Under the pieces are notes generated by a model, which worked only from the letters and a program-made list of their open reading frames with translations, did not search any database and was not told the DNA's origin. This document shows positions 17,136 to 27,266 of a stretch of 58,094 bases of DNA, one piece after another; the stretch's first letter is position 1; each line of letters begins with the position of its first letter. The DNA lies in the IMG/VR virus record IMGVR_UViG_3300027842_000016, positions 1 to 58,094 of that record. One strand, written 5' to 3'. The DNA comes from a virus (lineage: Duplodnaviria; Caudoviricetes). Made by a program: the position numbers and the translations under genes.

Positions 17136-20100
17136 TGTTGAGGAACCGTCCCTTGCGAGCGTACATCGAGGGCTCGAAATTGATGATGGAGGCCGGGAAT
17201 GAATCATTCGACGTGATGCGGAACATCAGCGTCCTGCCCGGCACGAGCGTACCGGCGTCCGGCACGAAGATCGTGACGAATTCCATCCCGCTGGTGTTGG
17301 TCTGGTATCCAAATGACCCGAACTCGTTGAACATCTCGATCCAGGTGTTTCCACGATCAGTTGAGTAGTAGGCATGGAACAGAGTCCCGGTGTGGATGCC
17401 AGTGACCTTCATGCCACGAGCGATCTTGAGGAACATATTGTCCCTCTCGCTCCAAGCCTTCGTCCGAACGTCCATCGAGATCGGAGTGCCGTTGTCCGTA
17501 GGGGCGATGAACCCGTTGTAGATGTTTCCGTTCGTCCCGTCCGTGAAGTAAAGCGTGTTGAAGTAAAGGAGCAAAGTGCCCACAGAATTGTCTTTCTGTA
17601 TGCGAAACTTCCCGAACTGATCCAGCTGGATCAGCACATTGTTAAAGTTCGATCCGATGGTGGCCACAGACAGGTAGTAGGTCTTGTTGAAGAACAGGCT
17701 TGCAGCCCTGACACCTGACGCGCCGGTCCCCACAAACCAGTTGACTGTGATCGAGGTGACCTCTGGCGAGGCATTGGCCGAGGCCGTAAACACCAGCTTC
17801 CACTGAAGGAATTCCTGCGGGGTCAAATTCGGGAACGTTCCATTCGGGACGAGCACATAGCTCGCTGACGAGAGTCCGCCAGATGACGAGGCGGTGCGGA
17901 TGTACATCGTGACGGTCCCGACCCCGGAGTTGCTCTGCTCGAACTGCATAGTGCTGAACCCGGCTGGGGTCGTGCCTGTGTCAATGGGGCTGCTCTCAAT
18001 AGTTGACATCAAGTTCCAGGTCAAGGCCACGTCCGAGATGGACGGGCTTGTCGTGTTGCCAGGGTCGGTGGAGATGATGAACTGAATCTTCGCCCACGGC
18101 TGAGTCACCGCGCTGCCTATCGGGCCGAAGCTCGAATAGGTGATGTTGTCAGGCGACGTGGCAATGGCCAACGTCACACTGGTGTTGTTCGGCACGTTGC
18201 CAGAGAAGGTGAGCGTCCCCCACCCGGTATTGTCCGTGGTGGCATGGATCGGCTGGGACACCCAGGTCGCGGTGGTGCTGAAGTAAATCGTTGGTGCGCT
18301 GACAGACGGGACGTTCCGGCTGTCGGACGTGTTGATCGTGATGATGACCTGCCAGTACCGTAGGCCGGTCAACGTCAAGGCCAATGTGCCATTGGGGCTA
18401 CTGAAAGTCTGCGTGTTAGGACTTCCCATCCCAGGACTCGCTGAGGTGTACACAGTGACGCTGGACGACGTGACGCCGCCAGGGTACGAGCCGGAGATCA
18501 CGAGGCTCGCGGGAACGCTCGATATGGCCCCACAGTCATAGACTGGGGACGACCAAGTTCCTGATTCGGGAACCGGGGTCACGGTGTAGGTGTATGCGCC
18601 GGTCAAAGAAATAGGTGGTGAACTGGCATGGGGTGGTGAGAACGGAGCCCAAGTCACGCCGTTAGCAATCGCGTATGCCGAAAATCCTGCACTCCAAGTG
18701 CTGCTCTGTCCTGCCTCGCTGAAGAACCCTTGTCCTTGGCCAACCACAGTTCCAAGGCTGATGACGATCCAGTACCGCGTCCCGCCAGTCAGGCTAACGT
18801 TGAGCGTGGCCGGAGGAATGTTCAAAGGAGTGTCGCTCGACACTGGGCGGCTGAAAGTCTGAGAGGCCAGTGAGGAGCCTGGCAGTCCACCCACATCCGT
18901 GTAGACAGCGACCGTCACAGGAACGGTGCTGGGGCTGCCGAAAGCAAAGCTGTTCAAATCGAATCCAGAGACTGTGCCAAGCACGCCGGTCAAGGACGGA
19001 ACGAATGGCTGAGCGACCTTCGCACAGTTGTAGAAGGTGTTCAATGCCTCGTTGAAGAAGTTCGCCTTGAACGTCTCGCCATGCGACTCGCCAGTGAAGT
19101 TTCCTCCGCCCGGCAGTGTCACATTGGGGCCGGAAATCTGAGCTTGACCTCCAAGCACGCCGCTTCCCAACGATGGAGCAAACAGAGTCGGCGCTTCAGC
19201 AAAGTTTGAATCTGAGGTCTTGATGTTCGTCACGACTGATCCGCCAAGCCAATCTGAGGTTTGGTTATACTCTGACTCCGGGTTGATGGTCGTGATCGTC
19301 CCAGGGAGGGAAAGGATGTCTATCCCCTGCGTGTACGTGTCCCCAAGGTACTGAGGTTGCGAGTTCTGCGTGTTCTTGTTAGTCGAGTAGTTAACCTGTG
19401 CCAGATTCAGGTTAACAAGGTCCTGAATGAAGTCCGATCCATACTCGACTGTGTATCCGTTGGAATAGTAGAGTCCTTTGTCCGAGAGCCACCAAAGCGT
19501 TGGGACAGACACGATGCTACGAATCTGAATGGAGCGATTGTCCGTGCAGCCGATGGTGCGGCTGATGTTGTTGTAGAAGAACGTGTCGGGGGTCGTCCCC
19601 TCGATGCTTCCGAAGCTGTGGAGGCCGTGCACGTAGAGCTTGCCGTTGTAAACTGTAATGGCCGTGATGATGTCATCTGACTGGCACACGATGAAGTTGT
19701 CCGGGTCGAAGATGTCCGGGCTACCTGCGTTACTGTAGCGGATCGTGTTCGTCTCGCCGGTAGGAGTGATCCACAGGGAATCCAACCACAAGGCGATCTT
19801 GCTGAACGTCGGTGGCGGGTTGTTGAACTGCGGGATTGCAGTCGGCGTCGCGCCCTGGAACAGCGTGTCATTGAAGCTTGTGGTCGTGTTGTCGCTGATC
19901 GTCGTGAGCAGTAGGAAATTGTTGTCGTTGTTGTCACGATAGATGTTCCGTGCCGTGACACCATACCCACCTATCGGGATGTTCGTCAGTGGTATGGTCT
20001 GGTTCCCAGAGGTCGTGGTCTGGGTAGTTGACGAGGGAGAGCCATTGCTCTCCTCCGATCCGTAGTACACGAACGTGACCTTGTACTTATGAGGCCCTAC

Positions 20101-20625
20101 CGGGACGGAGCCACCAGCTGTGGGCGTGCCAGCAGTCGGGGCAGACCCAGGAGGCTGAGCCCCCATAGGCTTGGTCTTGCCGGTCGTGAAAGAGTAGGTG
20201 ACGCCACCATACACAGTGACGGTATCGTAGACCTGCGGGGCATTGATGCCATTGTCCCCGTACACGCGGTCCTGCGTCGTGGCCCATTCAAAGTTGCCGA
20301 AGGCCGAGTAGCCGGACGTGATCGTGGTGAACAGACCGTTACCCGTCGAGGCAGATAGGACTCCCTGGCCAACCCGGAGAAAGTGCCTTGCACCGCTCTC
20401 GAACACAGCTTCGTATGAGTCCGCAGCCGGGCCTGAAAAGGATGTTCGATTCCATTGAACCCCACCCTGCCTCTTGTCGATCATACCAGTCTGGTCCGTG
20501 ATGAAGTTCTTGGACCCGGCAGTGAACATGTTGTCCAATACCTTCTGGGAGTCAGGCTGATACTTGGAGATGTACGATCCCCACTCCACCTGTTGACCTG
20601 GCAAGATTATAGTTTGTTTGTTCAT
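17128..20625 (-). CDS. Large tail protein (nozzle/DNA-stabilisation type, with inserted beta-rich domains)
   Basis: 1165 aa, Ser/Thr/Gly-rich beta composition, IRYSNAGSPD and IGCTDNRSI propeller-like segments; podovirus synteny. Confidence 0.65.
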   Translation of the reverse strand: MNKQTIILPGQQVEWGSYISKYQPDSQKVLDNMFTAGSKNFITDQTGMIDKRQGGVQWNRTSFSGPAADSYEAVFESGARHFLRVGQGVLSASTGNGLFTTITSGYSAFGNFEWATTQDRVYGDNGINAPQVYDTVTVYGGVTYSFTTGKTKPMGAQPPGSAPTAGTPTAGGSVPVGPHKYKVTFVYYGSEESNGSPSSTTQTTTSGNQTIPLTNIPIGGYGVTARNIYRDNNDNNFLLLTTISDNTTTSFNDTLFQGATPTAIPQFNNPPPTFSKIALWLDSLWITPTGETNTIRYSNAGSPDIFDPDNFIVCQSDDIITAITVYNGKLYVHGLHSFGSIEGTTPDTFFYNNISRTIGCTDNRSIQIRSIVSVPTLWWLSDKGLYYSNGYTVEYGSDFIQDLVNLNLAQVNYSTNKNTQNSQPQYLGDTYTQGIDILSLPGTITTINPESEYNQTSDWLGGSVVTNIKTSDSNFAEAPTLFAPSLGSGVLGGQAQISGPNVTLPGGGNFTGESHGETFKANFFNEALNTFYNCAKVAQPFVPSLTGVLGTVSGFDLNSFAFGSPSTVPVTVAVYTDVGGLPGSSLASQTFSRPVSSDTPLNIPPATLNVSLTGGTRYWIVISLGTVVGQGQGFFSEAGQSSTWSAGFSAYAIANGVTWAPFSPPHASSPPISLTGAYTYTVTPVPESGTWSSPVYDCGAISSVPASLVISGSYPGGVTSSSVTVYTSASPGMGSPNTQTFSSPNGTLALTLTGLRYWQVIITINTSDSRNVPSVSAPTIYFSTTATWVSQPIHATTDNTGWGTLTFSGNVPNNTSVTLAIATSPDNITYSSFGPIGSAVTQPWAKIQFIISTDPGNTTSPSISDVALTWNLMSTIESSPIDTGTTPAGFSTMQFEQSNSGVGTVTMYIRTASSSGGLSSASYVLVPNGTFPNLTPQEFLQWKLVFTASANASPEVTSITVNWFVGTGASGVRAASLFFNKTYYLSVATIGSNFNNVLIQLDQFGKFRIQKDNSVGTLLLYFNTLYFTDGTNGNIYNGFIAPTDNGTPISMDVRTKAWSERDNMFLKIARGMKVTGIHTGTLFHAYYSTDRGNTWIEMFNEFGSFGYQTNTSGMEFVTIFVPDAGTLVPGRTLMFRITSNDSFPASIINFEPSMYARKGRFLNNG

Positions 20626-21653
20626 TAGCTTAAGGGTTCCAACTGGTTAAGATTCCTCCATCCGTTAACTGAGGGCGTCACAGGCTTTAACGAAATCCAG
20701 ACCGTAGCGAATAGGCCTGAGTAAAGCTGCACTCCATAAAGCGGGCGTCCGTATAAGGTACTGTATGCGACCAAAGGCTTCGATGAGGTGGTCCACAGTG
20801 ATGGCTTCTGAAGCCGAATGCTGATCCAGTCCTGAACAAGCAGGATGTCGTTCAATGCTTTATTGATGGTCAGCACAATGTGTGCATCCATCGTGTTCAC
20901 AAATTCGGAGAAGATGCGCGAGATGATCAACGCCTTTGAGTCCACGCTGGTGACTGTTTCTGTCAAAGCTTTTTGAACCGTGCGCGAAAAGGTATCGGCC
21001 AATGTCATGATCTCGGTCTTGCTCAGCCGGGAAGTCTTTGCAATCGCGTCAGCTGTGGTCACCACATCGGCAAATGACTTTCCAAATGCAATCTGGAACA
21101 CCTCGGCAAGGGTCATTGAGTCAGACAAGGCTTTGGTAGTCCGCACAACGGTTTGATCGGACAAGAAGTTGAGGTCACTGAGGACCTTCATCATGCGGAT
21201 CACAGCAGCATCAGATGGTGTTACGGAATCGGACAAAGGCTTGTTGACGCTCTTGGCAATGGCGTCGCTTGAGGTCGTCGAGTCGCTCAAGGCCTTGCTC
21301 GTGCTCAAAGTCTTGCTGTCAGTCGGCGTAACCGTGTCAGACAGTGGTTTGGTCGTGTTGACCTGAGTTGCATCCACGGATGTTAGCGAATCACTAACAG
21401 GCTTCTGCAAGGTAATCGCCTTGGCGTCCGCCAGGGTCATGGTGTCCGTCTTTACGACCTGCATGATCGTTATGTAAGCGTCCAGCAAGCTCATTGCATC
21501 CGAGAGAGGCTTGGTAACATCATTGCCGAGGGAGTCGGCCTGGCTGATCGTCTCGCTGAAGTTAAACTGGATCGTTACCGGGTCAAAGTTCTCGCTGTAG
21601 AGGGTGTTGCTGTAGAGCCGGTTGCCATATAGGACTGGTGTCAGGTTTGACAT
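20625..21653 (-). CDS. Virion protein with ~19-aa tandem repeats
   Basis: Recurrent K(P/A)LSDxxTxxD units. Confidence 0.7.
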   Translation of the reverse strand: MSNLTPVLYGNRLYSNTLYSENFDPVTIQFNFSETISQADSLGNDVTKPLSDAMSLLDAYITIMQVVKTDTMTLADAKAITLQKPVSDSLTSVDATQVNTTKPLSDTVTPTDSKTLSTSKALSDSTTSSDAIAKSVNKPLSDSVTPSDAAVIRMMKVLSDLNFLSDQTVVRTTKALSDSMTLAEVFQIAFGKSFADVVTTADAIAKTSRLSKTEIMTLADTFSRTVQKALTETVTSVDSKALIISRIFSEFVNTMDAHIVLTINKALNDILLVQDWISIRLQKPSLWTTSSKPLVAYSTLYGRPLYGVQLYSGLFATVWISLKPVTPSVNGWRNLNQLEPLS

Positions 21654-21662
21654 CGGTCCTCC

Positions 21663-22565
21663 TTAGAGATCAGCTGAAGCTGTGATTGAACCGCTTGCCA
21701 ATGATGCTCCGGCAGCATTAGTCCCGCCAGAGATTGTAGCCACAAATGAAACTCCGTCCGTGCCCACAGCGCCAATAATTGACGGTGAGCTGGCCGCAAA
21801 GTTTGCGTTTGGTTCCAGTAAGTTTATAGAAAATGTATTAAAGGTAATTGTCGGGGCAGCACGCATACTGACTTTAAATAGCCAAACAAGATGTACCTGA
21901 GTTGTTCCAAAACCACCACCGCCAGCCGAGGATTGTGTGGCCACTTGATAGTACCGTTGACACCGTTCCAAATCTTCCTTGGGATTGATCGGGATAAAAC
22001 TTGGTACTGCCGAGCCAAAGGTCAGCATTACAGAATCAAAATAGGCAGTTGAAACCTGGATGGTATCTCCAACAACCACTCCAATACGAACATTGATCTG
22101 TGAAGGCGTGCTTCCAGGCGTGAAAGTTGCTGACAGGGTATGGAATGCACCATCCCCAGGATGGTAGGAAGAAACAGCGAATCCTGATCCATCATTGATA
22201 GTTACACGAAATAGATTGGCAACTGAAGCTTTGACGCGCACGCTCACAGTAAGCGTCTTGCTGGCGTAAGCCAATGGATTCTCGACATTGGTCTGGACAT
22301 AAGCTTCGCCAAAACCAGAACCAAGAGCAGTAATGTCAAATTTTAAAGAATAAAGTCCTGAGTCAACATTGGCAGCAGTAGAGTTCTGTGTGACATTGAT
22401 GGTTGGAGTTCCCGATTTAGTGATATACCAACGATCCGCCGTAAAAGTCCCAGAAGCAGGATTGGAAAATGATGTACCCCTTTGCCAAACCTCAAACCCG
22501 CCATTGTCAATAATATTAGGCTGGACACTGGGAGTTAACGAAGGATCAAGGACTGTTCTGGACAT
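21663..22565 (-). CDS. Tail fibre/receptor-binding protein, paralogue B (carbohydrate-binding-like)
   Basis: NIIDNGGFEVWQRGTSF...ADRW...LERCQRYYQ. Confidence 0.75.
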   Translation of the reverse strand: MSRTVLDPSLTPSVQPNIIDNGGFEVWQRGTSFSNPASGTFTADRWYITKSGTPTINVTQNSTAANVDSGLYSLKFDITALGSGFGEAYVQTNVENPLAYASKTLTVSVRVKASVANLFRVTINDGSGFAVSSYHPGDGAFHTLSATFTPGSTPSQINVRIGVVVGDTIQVSTAYFDSVMLTFGSAVPSFIPINPKEDLERCQRYYQVATQSSAGGGGFGTTQVHLVWLFKVSMRAAPTITFNTFSINLLEPNANFAASSPSIIGAVGTDGVSFVATISGGTNAAGASLASGSITASADL

Positions 22566-22574
22566 GGTATCTCC

Positions 22575-22832
22575 TTATGCCGTCTTAACCAAAGCAAGCT
22601 CTACAGCATCAGCCGTTCCACCAGTTACCGGCCAAGAAGTAATCGCACTACACGATCCACCGATGTCAGCACATTTCAAATTGATGGTCTGATTACCCTG
22701 GCCATAAGTTGCATGGACATTCAAGTCCACACCCGAAGCAGATACCCCACAGACATCACACAGAAGGTCAGCAGCATGGGTGCTGTGATTAGTCTTGGGC
22801 GTCCCATCGGAATTTCGTTGAAGTTTAATCAT
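22575..22832 (-). CDS. Small tail-associated protein
   Basis: GGAGAG RBS; lies between the RBP paralogues. Confidence 0.55.
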   Translation of the reverse strand: MIKLQRNSDGTPKTNHSTHAADLLCDVCGVSASGVDLNVHATYGQGNQTINLKCADIGGSCSAITSWPVTGGTADAVELALVKTA

Positions 22833-22842
22833 TGTTCTCTCC

Positions 22843-23763
22843 TTACATGTCTGCTGAAGCAGTCCAATTAGCGGAAACATCTACAAGTTCCCAGGTCGTT
22901 TGATCAGAAGTTCTAGCCCACGCATCTAAAAATTCAGAGGTGCTGATACTTGCTGCGCTAACCGTCCAGTTTGTACTGTCCACTGAACTACCTGATCCAG
23001 TCGTAGGAAGATGGCGCAATAGTGCGAATTTATTAGTAAAAGTAACCGTTGGAGCAACTCGCATTGATACACGAAAAGGAACCGTCGTATTAGTTCCTTG
23101 ATTTGAAGCATCTTGTCGCCAAATCGGTGACCAGTGGTCTAAATTTCCAAGCTGGTAGTAACGTTGACATCGTTCCAAGTCAACTTCAGGATGAAGAACC
23201 TGGAACACAGGAGTTCCTGTTCCCACAGTCAGGATCGCTGAGTCAACATAGCTGTGCCCGGTCCCTGATGGAGGCTGCGATGGCCATCCGATGTAGATAC
23301 GCAGGGAAGTGGCAGATGCACTGATGGTTCGTGTACATGTCAGCGTCTCAAAGTTGCCGCTTCCACTGTGGTTATTTCCAGCCGTCACTCCGCCAATTCC
23401 GTCAAATAGTTCAATATGAAATCCTGTCAAGCTGGTCTTTACTCGGACCGAACAAGTCACGGTCTTTCCAGCATAAGCTAGATAATTCTCGATCAGCTGC
23501 TTGATGCTGGCGCTAGCAGTCCCCACAGTTGTGATATTCATGTCTAAGGAGAAGGAGCCAGAATCGACATTCGCAGAGTTCTGAGAAATTGTCATGACAG
23601 CACCACCACTCATGTCTGTTTCCCAGCGGTCAGCTGTATAGACATTGTTTGTGGAGAGACCAGCAAAAGAAGTGCCACGCTGCCATATTTCAAATCCCCC
23701 GTTGTCTAGGATGTTAACTTGGTTCGATGGGGACTGTGTAGGATCAAGTACAGTTGCGCTCAT
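22843..23763 (-). CDS. Tail fibre/receptor-binding protein, paralogue A
   Basis: NILDNGGFEIWQRGTSF...ADRW...LERCQRYYQ. Confidence 0.75.
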   Translation of the reverse strand: MSATVLDPTQSPSNQVNILDNGGFEIWQRGTSFAGLSTNNVYTADRWETDMSGGAVMTISQNSANVDSGSFSLDMNITTVGTASASIKQLIENYLAYAGKTVTCSVRVKTSLTGFHIELFDGIGGVTAGNNHSGSGNFETLTCTRTISASATSLRIYIGWPSQPPSGTGHSYVDSAILTVGTGTPVFQVLHPEVDLERCQRYYQLGNLDHWSPIWRQDASNQGTNTTVPFRVSMRVAPTVTFTNKFALLRHLPTTGSGSSVDSTNWTVSAASISTSEFLDAWARTSDQTTWELVDVSANWTASADM

Positions 23764-23764
23764 G

Positions 23765-23914
23765 TTATCTTCCTTGGTGTGCGGCTAGATAGGCATCATA
23801 CGTGGCCTTATCCACAAAAGTGGTAGAGCGACCCAGTTCCGCACGAAGTGATGTCACAGTGGCAGAGTCCATTCCCTCGTACATGCAACCATCTGATGTA
23901 TAAAGTGTAGACAT
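23765..23914 (-). CDS. Small protein (49 aa), possible fibre chaperone
   Basis: MSTLYTSDG...DKATYDAYLAAHQGR; TAATG coupling; read by hand. Confidence 0.5.
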   Translation of the reverse strand: MSTLYTSDGCMYEGMDSATVTSLRAELGRSTTFVDKATYDAYLAAHQGR

Positions 23915-25884
23915 TAACGAACCCTCCTAGCTGAGATGCGGCCATAGACTTTGGCGCTTCCCGTTGTAAATTGCGTCACGACAGATAGATAGACTGTCGT
24001 AGTAGCTGATAAAGACATTCTAACGGCTGGAATGTTGGCAGCAGTGTCACCGTTACCATTGGAGGTAGACGTAGTTTCTCCAATGTTGACAGCGTATACT
24101 CCATCTGACCCGTTAGATTGCACACCTACGTAAACTTCAACATCGAATCCTGTCGTGGCCGTGCCACCAAACTCCCCGACCTGACCAGTGACATCCCAGT
24201 CTCCTGCTGTCAAAGAGATGCTTGTCAATGCCACAAATGCTGTGGAATTCACATAGGTAACAGCTGCCGCTCGTGTAACATTAGCAGAGACGTATTCCCC
24301 AACCTTTCCAGCTGCGGCATTGTCGTTCGTCGTCGTTCCCTTGATGATGCCATTGCCATTCGTGAGGTCAACCTTCAGCGCGTCGCTACCGCTGATCACG
24401 TTGCTAGAAAGAGGGTAATAGGCAACCTGTCCAGTAGTGGCGGAGTTTACGGACCCGCCTGGGGCGACCGGCTGGCTGAATAGGAATGCGACTTTCTGCC
24501 CGCTAACCAGGGCATTATTGAACGTGACAGTTAAATTGTTTGTTTCCAAATAGTCCACGGACGCGCCAAGCGTCTGAAGGTCGCCATCCACGTAGACGAG
24601 CAAGCTCTTGGAGCCTGTCACGTAGGTGTTGACAAGGTTGAAAACTGTGGTGCTGCCTGTGTAGTTGTTGAGCGCGGTCCCGACCACGTAGTCCTCACGA
24701 ACATAGACCACGGAGTTGCTGACCGCCCCGCCGGACAATGACTTGAAGGCAATGATCCCGCCGGAAACAAGGGAATAGTTGAACGTGACTGTGGTGCTGT
24801 TCGTTTCAACGTAGTCGATGCCGACCGTCAGCACCTGGCCATTGTAGATGACCTGCAACGTCGCGTTGTTGGCCACGTATGAGAATGGGAGATTGACCAC
24901 AGTGAGGCTGCCGGTGTACGTCCCGGAGGCTGTCCCGATGGTGTACTCCTGGTACTGAGCCACGACGCCGCCGCTCCCGGAGGAGGTGCTTGCATCCCAG
25001 ACACCGGCAGCTGAGCCGATGTTCGTGACAGTGAAGGTGGTCTGAGCGCCAGCGGAAATGTTCTGAACCAAGCCGTTGCTGTTGTCGTTCACAGTGACAA
25101 CGCCGGTGCTGCGGTTCAATACGGTGATCTGATAGCCGATGGAAAGGGTCGTCGCGTTTGGTAGCTTGACAGTCTGAGTGGTCGTGCCGGTAAACTGCTG
25201 GATTGGCGAACTCGAAGCAGTGAGAGTGGTTGTACCGGCTGCCGTCACGGTCGTGGAGAAGTTCTCAACGAGGGTGTTGACCTTCGTGTTGCCGTTGGCG
25301 TCACGCTCCACAATGGTGCTGGGCGTGGCATTGGGCGTGGCCGTGGTGTTGGAGTCGGGGAGCGTCCCGGTCACGCCGGTCGTGAGTGGCAAGCCCGTGG
25401 CGTTGGTCAGGACGGCTGCGGAGGGAGTACCGAGGTTGGGAGTGACGAGGGTTGGGCTGGTCGATAGTACGACGCTTCCAGTCCCGGTCGAGGTGGTCGT
25501 TCCTGTTCCGCCGTTGGCCACGGAAAGAGGGAGTGCGAATCCTGCGCCGAGCGCAGTTTCAATGGCAATGATCTCATCCTTCAGGAAGTTGTGATGGGCG
25601 GCCACAATGGTAAGGCCGACCGTAACTCCCAGACTGTGAGGCGCTGCCGTTGTCCCGTCCGCACCGCGAGAACACCCAGTCAGGTTTGATCCACTGACGC
25701 CTGTGTATTTAACTACCTCGGAGTTGTCAATCGTGACGAACCCCGTTGCCGGGAAGTTCGATGTCGAGGTGAGCTGAATAGTCGTGTCAGTGGCCAGAAT
25801 GGAGGCCGCGAGCGTGGTCTGTAGTCCGTTGACCGCGATGTAAAGGTTCGCGTTAGTGGATACAGATGCAGGGAAATTTGCCAT
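23914..25884 (-). CDS. Tail fibre protein
   Basis: 656 aa, Thr/Gly-rich; VANGGTG and TSPTLVTPNLGTP fibre motifs; two internal DY(V/L)ETN repeats. Confidence 0.8.
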   Translation of the reverse strand: MANFPASVSTNANLYIAVNGLQTTLAASILATDTTIQLTSTSNFPATGFVTIDNSEVVKYTGVSGSNLTGCSRGADGTTAAPHSLGVTVGLTIVAAHHNFLKDEIIAIETALGAGFALPLSVANGGTGTTTSTGTGSVVLSTSPTLVTPNLGTPSAAVLTNATGLPLTTGVTGTLPDSNTTATPNATPSTIVERDANGNTKVNTLVENFSTTVTAAGTTTLTASSSPIQQFTGTTTQTVKLPNATTLSIGYQITVLNRSTGVVTVNDNSNGLVQNISAGAQTTFTVTNIGSAAGVWDASTSSGSGGVVAQYQEYTIGTASGTYTGSLTVVNLPFSYVANNATLQVIYNGQVLTVGIDYVETNSTTVTFNYSLVSGGIIAFKSLSGGAVSNSVVYVREDYVVGTALNNYTGSTTVFNLVNTYVTGSKSLLVYVDGDLQTLGASVDYLETNNLTVTFNNALVSGQKVAFLFSQPVAPGGSVNSATTGQVAYYPLSSNVISGSDALKVDLTNGNGIIKGTTTNDNAAAGKVGEYVSANVTRAAAVTYVNSTAFVALTSISLTAGDWDVTGQVGEFGGTATTGFDVEVYVGVQSNGSDGVYAVNIGETTSTSNGNGDTAANIPAVRMSLSATTTVYLSVVTQFTTGSAKVYGRISARRVR

Positions 25885-25914
25885 TTTAGATTCCTCTTAG
25901 TGTGGCGGTATGGC

Positions 25915-26376
25915 TTAGGAGAACGTCACGCTCCAAACGATGATCATCGTGTCGCCAGCTGCCTTGTTATAAACGTTGAACGTCTGATGCGCGAACATTG
26001 TGCCAGCCGAAGAGGCCGAGAAAAGGCCAGCTTCTTTAATGGCGTCAGTCCCGTTGCCAGGATTGAAGGTGGCGGTGTTGGTCCACACGTTCGAGGAGAA
26101 GCTCAGAACGCCCTGGACGCGGGAATACCCGGCCACGACTGACTCGGCATTGAGCGCGGTGTCGCCAGCGGACGGCCCCGTCTGAACGGTTCCGAGCGCC
26201 ACATAGGACATGAACGGGGTGGATTGGGTAGCCGCCGTCAGCCACTGCGCGAGATAGTTTTTGCCTACGGTCACAACGAGGTTGTGATCGACATGCTCCT
26301 GCTTGATCTTCCCATCAGCTCCGATCAGCTTTACACTGACGCTGCCTTTGAGTTGAACTGTTTCTTTGATTTCCAT
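25915..26376 (-). CDS. Virion structural protein (fibre-attachment type)
   Basis: NLVVTVGK..YVALGT..IKEAGLF..NKAAGDT..WSVTF. Confidence 0.7.
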   Translation of the reverse strand: MEIKETVQLKGSVSVKLIGADGKIKQEHVDHNLVVTVGKNYLAQWLTAATQSTPFMSYVALGTVQTGPSAGDTALNAESVVAGYSRVQGVLSFSSNVWTNTATFNPGNGTDAIKEAGLFSASSAGTMFAHQTFNVYNKAAGDTMIIVWSVTFS

Positions 26377-26391
26377 TGTTGTTTGCTCCTG

Positions 26392-27120
26392 TTAGAATAT
26401 GTCAAGCGGGTTAACAGACCCGGCGATTGACCTTGTACTGTCAGTGTTGCTGAAGGGCTGGTACGACTCGATGTCGATCTTGCGCTTCAGGTCCAAAACT
26501 CTTTGATTGCGCCACTTGATGCCCCAGCCGATCTCTTCTTTGAAAAGGTTGTGCTGCTCCTCTGCGAGCTGGTCCTCTTGGTCCTGCTTCCACATCTTCC
26601 ACAGGATGTAGGCGCGAAGCCCTGGGGACAGAGAATCGTCCACCGAGAGTGGCTGCGACAGGTCGGTCAGGGGAATCTCCCTTGACTGGTAGTACATGAA
26701 GATGTCGGCATTACCCGTCATCGCTGGCTTCGGATAGATGTAAAGATTGTTCTGATGCACAAAATATTTCAGTGGTTTGCTGAATGTGCTGGGGTCAGTG
26801 GACAGGAAGTTAGGGCTCTCCTGTGCCATCTTCTCCAAAGTCGTGGGCCGCAGACGCCGCCAGATGGGGCTCCCCGGCGTGGTCTGGTCCTGCCAGAACA
26901 CGTTCTCGCTGCCCAGCCAGTCGCTAGGCATGGGGTAGATTTGAATCCCCTGCACAGTGGAGGTGAAGGCGAAGTTCTGAAGGCAGCGTGTTTTCCTCAC
27001 GAACTCCTTTTGCGCGAGGTTGACCAATGCGAGCATCCGAGAGGAGGAGAAGAAAGCCGGATTCGGCTCAATCACTTCTGCTCTACAGTCATTCACAAGG
27101 TCTTGTCCAGTCGTTGCCAT
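26392..27120 (-). CDS. Head-tail adaptor / tail tubular protein A-like
   Basis: LVNLAQKEFVRKT, YPMPSDW, LYIYPKP; synteny. Confidence 0.65.
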   Translation of the reverse strand: MATTGQDLVNDCRAEVIEPNPAFFSSSRMLALVNLAQKEFVRKTRCLQNFAFTSTVQGIQIYPMPSDWLGSENVFWQDQTTPGSPIWRRLRPTTLEKMAQESPNFLSTDPSTFSKPLKYFVHQNNLYIYPKPAMTGNADIFMYYQSREIPLTDLSQPLSVDDSLSPGLRAYILWKMWKQDQEDQLAEEQHNLFKEEIGWGIKWRNQRVLDLKRKIDIESYQPFSNTDSTRSIAGSVNPLDIF

Positions 27121-27129
27121 TAAAAGCTC

Positions 27130-27264
27130 CTATTGGTAAACTATAAAAAATGTGTTACCGTTGTTCCACATGGTGAGGATAGTGTTGCCTGAGTGAGCAT
27201 CCAGCCATGTTTGAACTTCCACCGGGTTCGTCAAGTCCGTCACCGCAACAGGTACGATGGTCAT
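27130..27264 (-). CDS. Small hypothetical protein (44 aa)
   Basis: MTIVPVAVTDL...FFIVYQ fills the gap; read by hand. Confidence 0.45.
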   Translation of the reverse strand: MTIVPVAVTDLTNPVEVQTWLDAHSGNTILTMWNNGNTFFIVYQ

Positions 27265-27266
27265 GC

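Noticed and set aside
21663-25884. Diversity-generating retroelement or invertible fibre cassette
   Set aside because: No reverse transcriptase, recombinase or near-identical TR/VR pair was seen
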